Shown: one piece after another, positions 11,101 to 20,745 of the stretch | Numbering within the stretch: the first letter of the stretch is position 1 | Layout: each line of letters starts with the position of its first letter | Assembly: GCA_000165345.1 (NCBI GenBank) | Contig: CM000430.1 | Span: 896,001 to 960,000, forward strand | Reading direction: 5' to 3' | DNA length: 64,000 nucleotides | Notes under the pieces: generated by a model | What the model was told of the DNA's origin: nothing | Database searches by the model: none | The model's input: only the letters and a program-made list of their open reading frames with translations | Translations under genes and position numbers: made by a program

Positions 11101-12533
11101 TTAGAAACTTTATTGGAAGTCTTACTTATAAGTGATAATACTGTAAGAGTTTTTCCAAGTCCTGGTTCATCACAGAAGATTCCTCCTTTTGTTTGAGAAT
11201 ATTCTTGTTCTCTAAATTCATTTCGTGATTTTGGACAAAATCCTAAATGGATTATTTTATTTGTATGGTTTATATATAAAGCAATACTAGATTTTCTTTG
11301 AAAAACTTGATAAGAAATATTAGAGGCCAGAAATTTGGGGTGAATTTTAATACCCATTAGATAATTTTGATTATTATCCCATATAATCTTTTCCAAATGT
11401 TGAGAATTGACTATTTGAGAAACATCACTTATTCTTAAATAGTGCCATATTGATAGATACTTAAATATATCTTCAGAAGAAGTTAAATATCTAATTGGAT
11501 TTTCAAATAACCAATGACCTTCTCCAGAATGTGATTCACGTTCTAATAGCCAAGTTACTGATCTTCTTTGATGAGGAAGTAAGTTATTTCTGTGGTATAT
11601 TAGCCAAATATATTTGAATGATTTGTTTAATATAGAAACCTGAGAGAGAGAATTATTATCTAGAAAATCAAAAATCTTCCACCAAATTTCGATTGGAATT
11701 TTAATATTCAAATATTGATGGATATATCCTTCACTTCTTAAAACTGATGCAATAACATCAGTTTTTTCATTTTCATGTTGATTTTCGTCAAAATTACTTA
11801 TGGAAAGTAATTCTTTACTCAAATAATTCATGACATTTCTGATAGATAACCCATTTATCAATTCTGAAGTAAATTCTAAATGTTCAACACAATTAAGTAC
11901 TTTGCATGTTGAATAGCAAAAACTCTCTATTACTTTATTCTCAATTGGAGCTTCTTCAATTCTTGATTGATTCTGAGAATCCAAAGATATTGATGAAGTT
12001 AGATCTGAAAATAAGTCTCCTTGAATCACTAATTTTTTGAATAAATCCAAAAGTAATTTTCTTTTTTCATCAAATTCTAAAGAAAATGTACTTTTTAAAT
12101 GGGATATAACTTCGCAAGTTATTCCACTATTACTTAAAGTAAAAATCCCTCTTTTACAATTATAACTTGTAATAAAATTTACTCCAAAATTATACCATAC
12201 ATATATCTTTACTCTCTTTACTTTATTTATCTCTTTTTCTTCTTCAAATTCTATTTGTGGAAACAAATTTTTCAGCTCTTGAGTGAATTCACTTTCAGCT
12301 TCAACAAAAGAGTCGAATTTAATTCCATCACAAATTCTTAATAAGTTTGACCAAATACTTTCTTTAAAAGAATATAATTCACTTTCAGAATCATTTTCTT
12401 TTCCAGCTTTATATAATAAATCATTTAAATCACTAATCCAAAATGAATATCCAATTTTATTCAACAAAAGCTCATTGCATTTTGAACCTAATCCTCCAAG
12501 CAAAACCCACCTATCTTTTGAATCAACATTCAT
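8103..12533 (-). CDS. SNF2-family DNA-dependent ATPase with RING finger, Rad5/Rad16/HLTF-like, with an N-terminal F-box-like motif
   Basis: 1476 aa with a genuine ATG. SNF2 motif I (DEPGLGKTLTVLSL) and motif II (LIIDEGHNIG). C3HC4-like RING inserted between the ATPase lobes (CDSCNEILLFPLIIPCPKLHLVCTYCI). Helicase-C motifs (LLLSIDIGSHGLDLSCVSNIYILDP...QTISRAYRI). F-box-like segment (IPIEIWWKIFDFLDNNSLSQVSILNKSFKYIW). Internal poly-Ser tracts. Confidence 0.85.
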   Translation of the reverse strand: MNVDSKDRWVLLGGLGSKCNELLLNKIGYSFWISDLNDLLYKAGKENDSESELYSFKESIWSNLLRICDGIKFDSFVEAESEFTQELKNLFPQIEFEEEKEINKVKRVKIYVWYNFGVNFITSYNCKRGIFTLSNSGITCEVISHLKSTFSLEFDEKRKLLLDLFKKLVIQGDLFSDLTSSISLDSQNQSRIEEAPIENKVIESFCYSTCKVLNCVEHLEFTSELINGLSIRNVMNYLSKELLSISNFDENQHENEKTDVIASVLRSEGYIHQYLNIKIPIEIWWKIFDFLDNNSLSQVSILNKSFKYIWLIYHRNNLLPHQRRSVTWLLERESHSGEGHWLFENPIRYLTSSEDIFKYLSIWHYLRISDVSQIVNSQHLEKIIWDNNQNYLMGIKIHPKFLASNISYQVFQRKSSIALYINHTNKIIHLGFCPKSRNEFREQEYSQTKGGIFCDEPGLGKTLTVLSLISKTSNKVSNIHKDDGTSYFEYPFGVKDLLYKINQPELGINFMISHKTSPIKLVNISTQDESNSQYLYQNNVINKNSDLIPTGATLIIVPNHLIQHWIEEIKKWYKTDVIVTYNSNNHSKKSISTNKRIYPHNYKSHDSNHDILIYLFDDPSKDEIIEPYILAQAKAVILSYRMLTKQFQLCKVKQKYKRAFLTNTKGKNQNNKDIKQDLKDPFFRQEMSPILRIKWLRLIIDEGHNIGNSEISSTLYQQFIFKIKSEFKWIMSGTPLPISIIKSINTNIPNILKFLQLPIICDKTRNYEQESIRNSRRSYNNDDNNTNLKSIQESSQINYCNNSNNYSILKLISKSSINGKLSPIGIFTIFTQIASIIVLNQKNQCLRNYLPNLIGPIKKVIQPFIDNEFYIYNIICELTQRNLFCTYFSQDNIDSLLHPCNLNYRQEVIWNFRFASILGFTMNIKDFILDDNKLQLIKNMNLSIPYISVSMKDIQELRLMFENKHPNYENDHFYQIESTLRMEFVLDYFTNIKLSSPQSSNSFNYYNCDSCNEILLFPLIIPCPKLHLVCTYCIMEKHGYIPIHVNLNISKNCNNSKKKLYWTKRGPIKFCIVCGENIQINSDFFDRLQVPIQISHIELKNDNSISNSGSSSSSSSSSSSIPNSCLISNYKEYNNIIPLFNFPLITQLKILLTKNYKSNEIEKNILELYQKFTDITVNNINNYLYNYIHSFGNSLLPFIDIYQNIPLISIGLISLSSSKLRYILHCILKDIEENPKIKIMIVSSLWQQLDFLYYTLTILFNIGTCRYYPHIPKSELQRSISNFKKDDSNNIQEINNKFPVLLLSIDIGSHGLDLSCVSNIYILDPISDESIENQTISRAYRIRSNNITSSSFVKVKYCLIQDTFEDILYDYIQYKRFIFQNNNSKTSSLNNFLKEDDLDKVKRSNKRRKRSSISSSSSSSSYGGNSHIRKNMNLDSNIIINNNLDSNLIPNHIINTQESNFLDLDPTQLLLRIFLK
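9174..9219. repeat. Hexanucleotide (TGAACT)n-type tandem repeat encoding a poly-Ser tract in the SNF2 gene
   Basis: tgaacttgaacttgaacttgagcttgaacttgaacctgaatttgaa. On the minus strand it encodes SGSSSSSSSSSSS. Confidence 0.7.
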
Positions 12534-13397
12534 TTCTCATGTTAACTGCTTCTATTTGTTTAAATCTGCTTAAATAATAACTTTAAGTCTTTTAATCTGT
12601 GAATTCTAGATACCTGTAATTCACGACCAATACATTGAATTTCATCAAAAACAAAATTATGAAAATAAACTTTAAAAAAACCCGTGTTTCTTTCTCTATA
12701 AATATCTTTGCCTTTTACTATACTGCCTTTCTGAATTATAATAACAATAAGTAATAATTCCAGAATTCTTTTGACTCAATTTGAAATATTAACCTTTAAA
12801 TGTTTTGGCGCCATGTCATTTTGACATTAACATTTGTAAGAATTACTATAAATATTGTTAGTATTATTATTGTTACAATTAATTCATTATTCCAACTTTT
12901 AATTCGTGAATTCAAATAAATTTCTTTAATTTAGTTGATTGAATGTCTTTTTAACTTTGTTATATTATTTTCAAAATGTTCTTAAACTTTTCCTTAACAT
13001 GTAACAATTTTGTTATAACTTTAAAATTAATTTAATAATTTAATTAAATGAAATTAACTCATTAATGTATTTTTATTTGTAATTGAAATTATAAATGAAG
13101 AATAGTATTGCTTGCAAAAATTGATTATTTATTGCTTCACGAACTTTCAACATAAAATTCAAGATTATTCACTATGTCAAATCAATAAAAAGTAGAAAAA
13201 GCTTCTCTCTTGAATTTTGTTCATATCTCCATTTATTAAATAATAATAACAATAATATTAATAGGAATCATATATAACTATTGAATACAATTTTTAAAAA
13301 AATTATATATATAATAAACCAAAATTATAATACTAAAACTAATAGAATATTTATGTACACAAAATTTGCATGCAACCCTATCTCTCTAATGTAACAT

Positions 13398-13470
13398 TGC
13401 ATGCAAATTTCGATTTTTTGTTAATAATGACACGTAATCAATTATAATGACCTCCCCACACTTGGCGCCC
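13398..13470. promoter_or_regulatory. Composite module: TGCATGCA (13398-13405; a second copy at 13367-13374), AATGACACGTAA (13426-13437), TTGGCGCC (13463-13470)
   Basis: Same element order as 5284-5335 and an identical 12-mer AATGACACGTAA. Sits in the spacer between the SNF2 gene start (12533) and the lipase gene stop (13604). Confidence 0.4.
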
Positions 13471-13603
13471 AATGAATTATTCGGGTAATTTTAATATTGC
13501 AATAATTATTATCAAAATCTTATAATAGTGATCACTATTATAAGATTTTGATGAAAAATGATTGTATTTTTGTAAAAAGAAAGTATAAGTATTCACTCAA
13601 AAA

Positions 13604-16069
13604 TTATTTTCTCCTGGATCCATACTTGATATTACGAATAGTATCCTTGATAGCTTTTTCTAGAAAATTCATATGCTTAATTCTCATAACATGTGGCCAT
13701 GTTCTCCTTTCACCTTCAGTTATAAAGTGAAGCATATCATCATATGACGGATGATTAATACACCTATACCAATCAAAAAGGGATACTCTTGGAGTAATAG
13801 TAACATGACCTTCAATTTCTTGTAACATCCAAAAATTGCTAACATCTTTTCCAAATAACTTTGGAATTAATTTCAGTTTTGCTAATTTAGTATACCTATA
13901 TTTAATATCTAAAGTTAACCAATTTAAAACATTATGTAAAAATGTTCGCTCTGGGTGAATTATGCTTGTATTTATTGGATTTACTGAAACAAAAGGTACA
14001 TGATGTGGGTTTACTTGTGATACAATAAATTGTCGTACATTAAATAATGTTGATAACTCTTTATGTGGTATATCTTGAGAAATTGATCCATCCATCCATT
14101 TCATTCCTGGTGGAAAATATCGGATTATTTTATTGGTATGATTTTCTTTTGCAAATAATTCTGCTACTGGCATTAATCCTGGTAATGCACAAGAAGCTGA
14201 AACTGCACTCCAAAGTAAAATATCTGGAGTAGTAATACAATTTAAAACTAATGGTTCAGTAAATTCTGGAGTTACATAAGTTGGACTCACTGTTATTGTT
14301 ACTATTCTTCCTGTTAATTTATATGCTTCATAGAATGTATAATTCTTAAAGTAAGTCTGACAAGTCTTAATAAATTCTTTTGGATCTATCATATAACCTT
14401 TTACTAGGAAATGACGGATCTGATCTAATAATGGAGGAAACCAACGATGACCATGCATATTTGAAACTGTTGGTTTAATATATTCGTTTAAAATCTCTTC
14501 ATTACTTTTTGTTGCAAGTATTGCTGCAACAATTGAACCTCCACTTGTGCCATTGATTATTTTTGGCATTATATCTTGTTCTAATAAAACTTTAACAACA
14601 CCCAAATGATACATTGCTAAAGCTCCTCCTCCACTTAAGCATAAAGCAGTTTTGCCTGTTGAATGCCCTAAAAGTTCTAAATAATGAATTAAGCTATTAC
14701 TTGCTAACGAGCCTTCACTTTTTGAAAATGTTAGAACTGATCCAGTACCTGTTTCAAAGCTAAATTGGCTCATATAATTCTTTCTTACTTTATTTTCATA
14801 GTAATAACCCCAATCAGAATTCCATCTATCACTACCATCCTTTGAAATATTAAACCCACTATCGATCGCTTGTAAATCATTATCATACTCCTTACAATGA
14901 CATTCTTTATTAATACCGGAATTTAATTCGTCTTTATTTACTTTATTTTCTTCATTATTTGCCAAACATTTTTCACATGTTTGAATAGAAACATTCTTTG
15001 ACATATTCTCCATTCTAAACTCTGATAAAGAAGAAATTGAAGTATTCATTAAATCTCTATTTTTTAAAGATATTCTACCAGATGAACTTTTATTATTCAT
15101 TCTTCCTGTGCTTGAAAGCTCTTGCTCATTACTAGTCAAGTAAAGATTTTTTGTCTCTTCTTTAATTGAATCACTATTCGAGTTTTCCTTTTCTTCCTCT
15201 AAAAGCCTTTCTATATCATCAAAATCAAAACCTTCATCGCCATCTTCCATACTGAAATTCATTGAATTTTCTTCTATTTCCTTATTGAATAATGAACTAC
15301 TTGAATAAATACTTGATTGTTTTGAGAAGCTTATCAATCTTTCTATTGAATTTGATCTTGAATCCTGATCAGAAGAAAGTTTATATGTATTTCTATCACT
15401 TAAAGCATTCTCAAGTTCTATTGAAAGTTCTGGAGATTTTGAACACATTGTCAAAAACTTTAATACATTCTCAATCTCATCCTCAAATTCATCTATTAGA
15501 ATCTTTGTACCAGAAAACGCTTTGTTATATAATGCTTGTTTTGATATTGACGCAAAATTCCTATCGCAACACCATCTTAATAGAAATACCAATTTCTTCA
15601 AATTATTGTTCTTTCTTGCTTCTTTCAACCTAGTTATATACTCCTTTAAATAAATCCATTGATAATCATCAGTCTCCTCAACTGATCTCCATTCATATCC
15701 ACCACAAATCTCATCCAATTTAGTACCAATATTAAACCATTCATCATAACTATTTGATTGTTCTAATCTGTAATATAGTTCATCTCTTGCTGTATGGAAA
15801 CTTCTAATCCATAAACTTAATCTTAATAATAAACTTGACCATATAAATAGTATAATATTTATTGATATTCTAAATATATGATATAATCCCAGCATTACCC
15901 TCCCAAACGAAAATAGAAATGAGCCCAATAACCATAAGCACCATGTCATCCATATTAATGCATATTGTCTAATTCTTGCATTAATTAAAATCAATAATGC
16001 AAATGTTGTTAAAAAAGTTGTTGAAAATATCAAATGGACCAAAAATATTACCAACCATGTACTAATCAT
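13604..16069 (-). CDS. Patatin-like triacylglycerol lipase, SDP1/TGL4 family
   Basis: The ORF-track start at 16090 is TTG; the first ATG is at 16069, giving 821 aa. N-terminal TM plus DUF3336-like region. Patatin oxyanion motif LCLSGGGALAMYHLGVV and lipase GTSGGS (GxSxG). Long collinear similarity to plant SDP1 and yeast Tgl4 (FYEAYKLTGRIVTITVSP; LWSAVSASCALPGL; WMDGSISQDIP; LFNVRQFIVSQVNPH). Contains a 200-aa Ser/Asn-rich insertion. Confidence 0.85.
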   Translation of the reverse strand: MISTWLVIFLVHLIFSTTFLTTFALLILINARIRQYALIWMTWCLWLLGSFLFSFGRVMLGLYHIFRISINIILFIWSSLLLRLSLWIRSFHTARDELYYRLEQSNSYDEWFNIGTKLDEICGGYEWRSVEETDDYQWIYLKEYITRLKEARKNNNLKKLVFLLRWCCDRNFASISKQALYNKAFSGTKILIDEFEDEIENVLKFLTMCSKSPELSIELENALSDRNTYKLSSDQDSRSNSIERLISFSKQSSIYSSSSLFNKEIEENSMNFSMEDGDEGFDFDDIERLLEEEKENSNSDSIKEETKNLYLTSNEQELSSTGRMNNKSSSGRISLKNRDLMNTSISSLSEFRMENMSKNVSIQTCEKCLANNEENKVNKDELNSGINKECHCKEYDNDLQAIDSGFNISKDGSDRWNSDWGYYYENKVRKNYMSQFSFETGTGSVLTFSKSEGSLASNSLIHYLELLGHSTGKTALCLSGGGALAMYHLGVVKVLLEQDIMPKIINGTSGGSIVAAILATKSNEEILNEYIKPTVSNMHGHRWFPPLLDQIRHFLVKGYMIDPKEFIKTCQTYFKNYTFYEAYKLTGRIVTITVSPTYVTPEFTEPLVLNCITTPDILLWSAVSASCALPGLMPVAELFAKENHTNKIIRYFPPGMKWMDGSISQDIPHKELSTLFNVRQFIVSQVNPHHVPFVSVNPINTSIIHPERTFLHNVLNWLTLDIKYRYTKLAKLKLIPKLFGKDVSNFWMLQEIEGHVTITPRVSLFDWYRCINHPSYDDMLHFITEGERRTWPHVMRIKHMNFLEKAIKDTIRNIKYGSRRK

Positions 16070-16915
16070 TGTCAGATGTATTACATGCAAACAATATTAC
16101 ATGCTTACATGCATGTGGATAAAATTAATATTTATATATAATATATAATAATAATAATATAACCAGCTTCTTCAATTAATTTTCCACACCTTTTATACAA
16201 TACTTGGATCTGAGTTAAGGATTTGAAGTTATTTCACAAAGCTTGTAAAAGTAATAGAAATAATTTAATTATTTTTATTATTTTGTTTTTTTTTTACCAT
16301 TTTACTTAATAAATTTATATATACAATTTAATGTATAGCTCCAAACTCATTAATTTAGTATTTTAGGGAGTACTTGTTTTACCAATTCTTAGATTAGCAA
16401 ATATAGGAAAATATAACTACCCTTAATCAAGTTATTTTGGGGAAAAATAAAAAGAAAAAACTGATTATAATTTTTTTTTTTAAATTTTTAATTTAATTTT
16501 TGTGTCAATTTTTAAATGCAATTTCCCCACATGCCATTTATTTTTCTTCCTCGCTTACGTGAAAAAAAAAATTCATTGCACATGTACCGCGCAAACTACT
16601 AAATAAGCCAAAGAATTAATTAAAATAATTAATACGTGTAATATTATATTTATTTATTTATAATTGGAACAAATTTCAGTCAAATACCTAGTAAATCCAG
16701 ATTTAATTCAATATTTCTATGACCCACAGGTTAATGGAAGCTTGAATCTATTTGGATTTGTTGGAAAGGACATTTTGAGGGAATATTGTATTAAATCTAG
16801 AAATCCACTTGAGGAAATTAGAATTAAAAAATAAAATAAAATAATAATATCAATAATAATAAATCAAGAGAATCAAATTTCCTTGGTCACCAAATTATCA
16901 AATTATTTTTTGTTG

Positions 16916-19144
16916 ATGAACAACTTTAAAGATTTAGGTGCAAATGCATCCAAGGAAGATGTATTATTTTTTCGCTTTATAAAACTTTTTCAATCAATTA
17001 AACAAGTATCAGAAATTCTTATCGAACTTTCCGTAAATTTTATTCTATTCTTAACTTCATTATTGGCCTGGATCTTTCAATTTAATTCGTATTTGATTTT
17101 CTTTTTCAAGAATGCATACAAATTCATATGTAGAATTACTGATTTGGTTACTTTACAACAAAAGATATATATTCTAATAACAATAATCATTTTATATATA
17201 TTAATATATATAATTAACAAGTTATATAGGTCAATAAAAAGGTTGAGAAGGCATTACCACATGAAATGGTCAGTTCTAATAAATCATTTACTTTATATTT
17301 TATCTCCATATTTGATTTTTATCTTTACAATTTACTTGCCTTTATGTATTGTTGTCCCAAAATTTTACTTTGAAGCCATTATAATACGTACTTGGATTCT
17401 TTGGATACCTATAATTAAATCCATTACTTTAGTCTACAATTCTTTATATGGAAATTATTGTCATGAAAATACACCAATTTATAAAGTTATTTCAATACTT
17501 GAGAAATATAATAATACTGACATTATTTTGAATTTATTAGAGACAATTTCCTGTAGAATTGGAAATAAATATAAAATATCACTCCAACCAGGAAAATCTA
17601 ATAGTTCACTAACATTATTAAATTCAAAAAGTACAATGGTAAAGGAAATCGTACAAATTAAGGCAATTCAATGTTGGGTTGACTACTTTAATTTGTGGCT
17701 TATTTACTTTTTTCTAAAGAATTACATCCTTGGAAGTAGTATTAAATATATTTCAAGCATTATAATAAAATATTTTAAAGTAGTAAACATATTAATATTG
17801 GATACTATTAATAACTTTTCAAGTTCAAATTTAAAACTAATCTTTCTTGCAAGTAAATATAAACCTGTATCTTTTATAATACAGCCTATTGGATTTATTC
17901 TCAAATTTCCAACTAATATAATAAAGTACATTCTCTTATTAACAATTAATATGAACTGGAAGTATTTGCTCATTTCAATTGTTGTACTGAATGTATTACT
18001 CCAGATAAAATTCATTCAGGATCATGACAGTTGCTTCTCAATATTATTCAAAGATTCCAGAATAAAAATTGGTATTGGTTCTAGTAGCTGTTTTCAGAAA
18101 ATTGATAATGATGATGAAGATTGTAATAAAGATGATGATATTGATGAAGATAATGAATTGGAAGATGATGATCAAGATGAAAGAATTAATAACCAATCAG
18201 ACGAAAGTAATGACGAAAATTTTAGTAATAAGAATCATTTAGTTAAGGAATTTGAATCTTCTGGTAAGAATCTAATAATTTATGAATACCCATCACTTTC
18301 AATGTTATCAAGAAATTATTTAATAGCAATAATTGACTGGATCTCAAATAATTTGTTTGGAATATCTTTATTCAGCAATTTTAATATTCAAAATGATACT
18401 CCAAATAGCTCCCCGAACTTATTTATAAGCTTAAATCCCAAGAATATCACAAAGTCTCTTCCATCAATTGGTGATGAATTAGAAGAGACCACTACAGTGA
18501 GTGATAAAAAGTTAAGAAGAAGATCTTCTGTTAAGCCAGAGTTATTACATAGTAACACAATGCCACATCTTTCATTGAGTTCTGGTAATAATGTTAATTT
18601 AGAGAAAGAGGGTGAAGGAAAGTCTTCAAGCCAACTTAAAATAATTGCGAATTTATTAGAAAATAACGCAATAATTGGTTGGCTTCCAGAAAGTTGGAGA
18701 GCTTACTGTTTATTCATTGGAGAAAATATGATGAATAAATCAAGTAAATTTAAATATTGGATTTTGGTTGCAATTATTCTGATAGGTCAAGTTCCACAAT
18801 GGATTATTTTGTTATTTCCTTCTTTTATAGTAAACTTGATTGGATGTATGATATTTGGATATATTTATCCATTGATAATGAGTTTAAGAACAAGCAGTAA
18901 TATTGGAATTAGCTATTATTCTCTAAACACCAAAATGGGTGAAAAGTTACAAACATGGATAATTTACTTGATTATCTTCAATGTTTTGAATGAGATATTC
19001 TCCATGAATAGTTTTCATATGTTTGGAATAATTGCTTGGATACCTTTCAAAATTCACATATATTATCTGATTATCCTTCTTCTTCAACTCACTTCTTCTA
19101 TAATTCCAATTCTTACCAAGCAAGTCAAGTTTAAGAAAAAATGA
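16916..19144 (+). CDS. Hypothetical polytopic membrane protein with an internal acidic (Asp/Glu) tract
   Basis: The ORF-track start 16883 is TTG; the first ATG is at 16916, giving 742 aa. At least 8 hydrophobic helices in two blocks separated by a DDEDCNKDDDIDEDNELEDDDQDE acidic loop. No family recognised. Confidence 0.55.
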   Translation: MNNFKDLGANASKEDVLFFRFIKLFQSIKQVSEILIELSVNFILFLTSLLAWIFQFNSYLIFFFKNAYKFICRITDLVTLQQKIYILITIIILYILIYIINKLYRSIKRLRRHYHMKWSVLINHLLYILSPYLIFIFTIYLPLCIVVPKFYFEAIIIRTWILWIPIIKSITLVYNSLYGNYCHENTPIYKVISILEKYNNTDIILNLLETISCRIGNKYKISLQPGKSNSSLTLLNSKSTMVKEIVQIKAIQCWVDYFNLWLIYFFLKNYILGSSIKYISSIIIKYFKVVNILILDTINNFSSSNLKLIFLASKYKPVSFIIQPIGFILKFPTNIIKYILLLTINMNWKYLLISIVVLNVLLQIKFIQDHDSCFSILFKDSRIKIGIGSSSCFQKIDNDDEDCNKDDDIDEDNELEDDDQDERINNQSDESNDENFSNKNHLVKEFESSGKNLIIYEYPSLSMLSRNYLIAIIDWISNNLFGISLFSNFNIQNDTPNSSPNLFISLNPKNITKSLPSIGDELEETTTVSDKKLRRRSSVKPELLHSNTMPHLSLSSGNNVNLEKEGEGKSSSQLKIIANLLENNAIIGWLPESWRAYCLFIGENMMNKSSKFKYWILVAIILIGQVPQWIILLFPSFIVNLIGCMIFGYIYPLIMSLRTSSNIGISYYSLNTKMGEKLQTWIIYLIIFNVLNEIFSMNSFHMFGIIAWIPFKIHIYYLIILLLQLTSSIIPILTKQVKFKKK

Positions 19145-19335
19145 ATAGTTATTTAATCACCAAGTTATTAGTTATCCATTTCTATATCGGTGATTCCTCT
19201 CTTTTGAATACAAAAAGGTAGTCTGTTTAAGTAGGTATATAAATTAGTTAATTAGTTAAGAATTATCGGTGTCTTTTTTTTTAATTATTTATTTAATTAC
19301 ATTATTATATGTAATATAGAGAGATACTATTCAAC

Positions 19336-20324
19336 TTACTTAATTTTTGGGATCTCAGATGAAAGCTCAACTCTTAATTCTCTATATGATATATTTAAAT
19401 CTTTCTCAAAAGAAGGGGATATACTTTTTGAAAGAAAAATTCTCCAATTAATAGAATTGGACCAAATAAGTCCTAAACTTGGCTTTTGTTTGTTTCCAAA
19501 TATATTACTCCCAGGTATATGAAATTCATTAAGTTCTGTTGTAGTTTGGTTAGTTACAATCAGCCAGGAATCTTGGTCTACAGAAATTCTCTTGAATACA
19601 TTTGAAAATTGTATCAGGCTTGTAGATGCTGAACTATTTTCTGAAAAAGAAACTTTTGAACGGTATAAGTTTGTAATCGAGTCAATGAAGATCGCATCAA
19701 TTTTGTGATTCAAACAAATACCAGGTATAACTCTTTGTAGAAAAATATTCAAATCTTCCAAAGTATTAATTTTGTAGACCTTAACATAATTCATCAATTT
19801 ATTATGCAAAATATTGAGAAGATCGTCTTCATTATTATCTAATTTTTCTTTTGAATTTGCTTTTAAATACTCAAATTCTAATTTTGATTTGAGAATTTCA
19901 GACAATCTTCCATTGGAAAATACTCCATTTTCTGTATATAATACACAAACAATCCCAATATCACTATTAAGCTCGCCCATAACTTTGGAAAAATCCAAAT
20001 TCCTTAACAATACTGAGGTTATCAGAGTTAAACACCATTGAGTTTTTCCAGTCCCTGCTTCTCCCTATAGACGGTTAAAATATTGTAAATTAACTAATAG
20101 GTTATTGGGAATAAAAGGCACACTCAGAAATCACTCACCGTTATCTCAAACAATATTCTTTTTGGAATCCCTCCATTAAAAGCTTTATCTACAACATTTG
20201 ATCCCGTTGATAGCCTTGTATCATCCATTAGCATTTGTTCTGAGGTTGAGATGATTTCTTCTGCTCCTCTGGATCTCCACCATGTTAATTCAAAACCACC
20301 CCCCTTCCCTGATTCTTTTTTCAT
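19336..20324 (-). CDS. RecA/Rad51-family paralog (XRCC3/Rad51C/Rad57-like), 2 exons: 20324..20139 and 20064..19336
   Basis: Exon 1 has an ATG at 20324 and runs ...LSTGSNVVDKAFNGGIPKRILFEIT. Exon 2 begins GEAGTGKTQWCLTL, completing the GExGxGKTQ Walker A of Rad51 paralogs. Intron 20138..20065 (74 nt) has a GTGAGT donor and a TATAG acceptor. The frame is preserved (186 + 729 nt), giving 304 aa. Confidence 0.7.
20065..20138 (-). other. Spliceosomal intron (74 nt) of the Rad51-paralog gene
   Basis: Minus-strand sequence GTGAGTGATTTCTGAGTG...TTTAACCGTCTATAG. Splicing fuses ...EIT to GEAGTGKTQ in frame. Without splicing, a stop follows four codons later. Confidence 0.65.
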
Positions 20325-20456
20325 TGAATTTGAATCTTAATGTTTTTGTTGATACTCGTTTTCTGCATTTTACCAAAATAACAGCCAGCAATACTTTCTT
20401 TCTTAAAAGTTAACTTTAATTGAGCGCAAGAATATGCCCGATAACTATGAAATTGA

Positions 20457-20468
20457 GGGGGCGGGGAG
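20457..20468. promoter_or_regulatory. GC-box/E2F-like element GGGGGCGGGGAG upstream of the Rad51-paralog gene
   Basis: About 135 nt upstream of the ATG at 20324 (minus strand). A GCATGCA-like element (tcatgcatta) lies adjacent. Confidence 0.4.
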
Positions 20469-20745
20469 AGAATTAAATATTCATGCATTAATTGGACTTT
20501 AGGTAATGAAAATACAATGAATAACTTTAAAATTGTTTCAATTTAATATTCTTCCACTCTTAAGCCTCTATTTGTATTAAGAATAATAAGTTAGCATAAA
20601 ATTACTTTATTATTAATGTATATGAAAATATTTCGATGTTAGTTGTAATTTTAGCCATTTTCTTTATTTCGTTCATATAATTTCCTGATTATCTAATTCC
20701 TGAGTTATTTGAGAATTCTTGTAATTAAATACATTAATATATATT

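Noticed and set aside
12283-12573. Antisense and overlapping ORFs of 60-170 aa inside large genes (e.g. 12283..12573, 17722..18015, 23122..23643, 23977..24225, 29341..29544, 31230..31670, 34536..35477, 45211..45694, 46597..46995, 53967..54730, 59420..59821, 61148..61537, 63218..63829)
   Set aside because: All lie wholly within, and antisense or out of frame to, much longer ORFs with clear homology. They are low-complexity and often arise from repeats (e.g. the alveolin and PIQE repeats). They are shadow ORFs, not genes.
16883-16918. ORF-track start codons reported as M at TTG/GTG (2416, 16090, 16883, 20010, 22967, 27519, 32149, 33236, 51211, 51552)
   Set aside because: The track appears to use a bacterial start-codon table. 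This is a eukaryotic nuclear sequence, so I moved each start to the first in-frame ATG (or, for 20010, joined it to the upstream exon).
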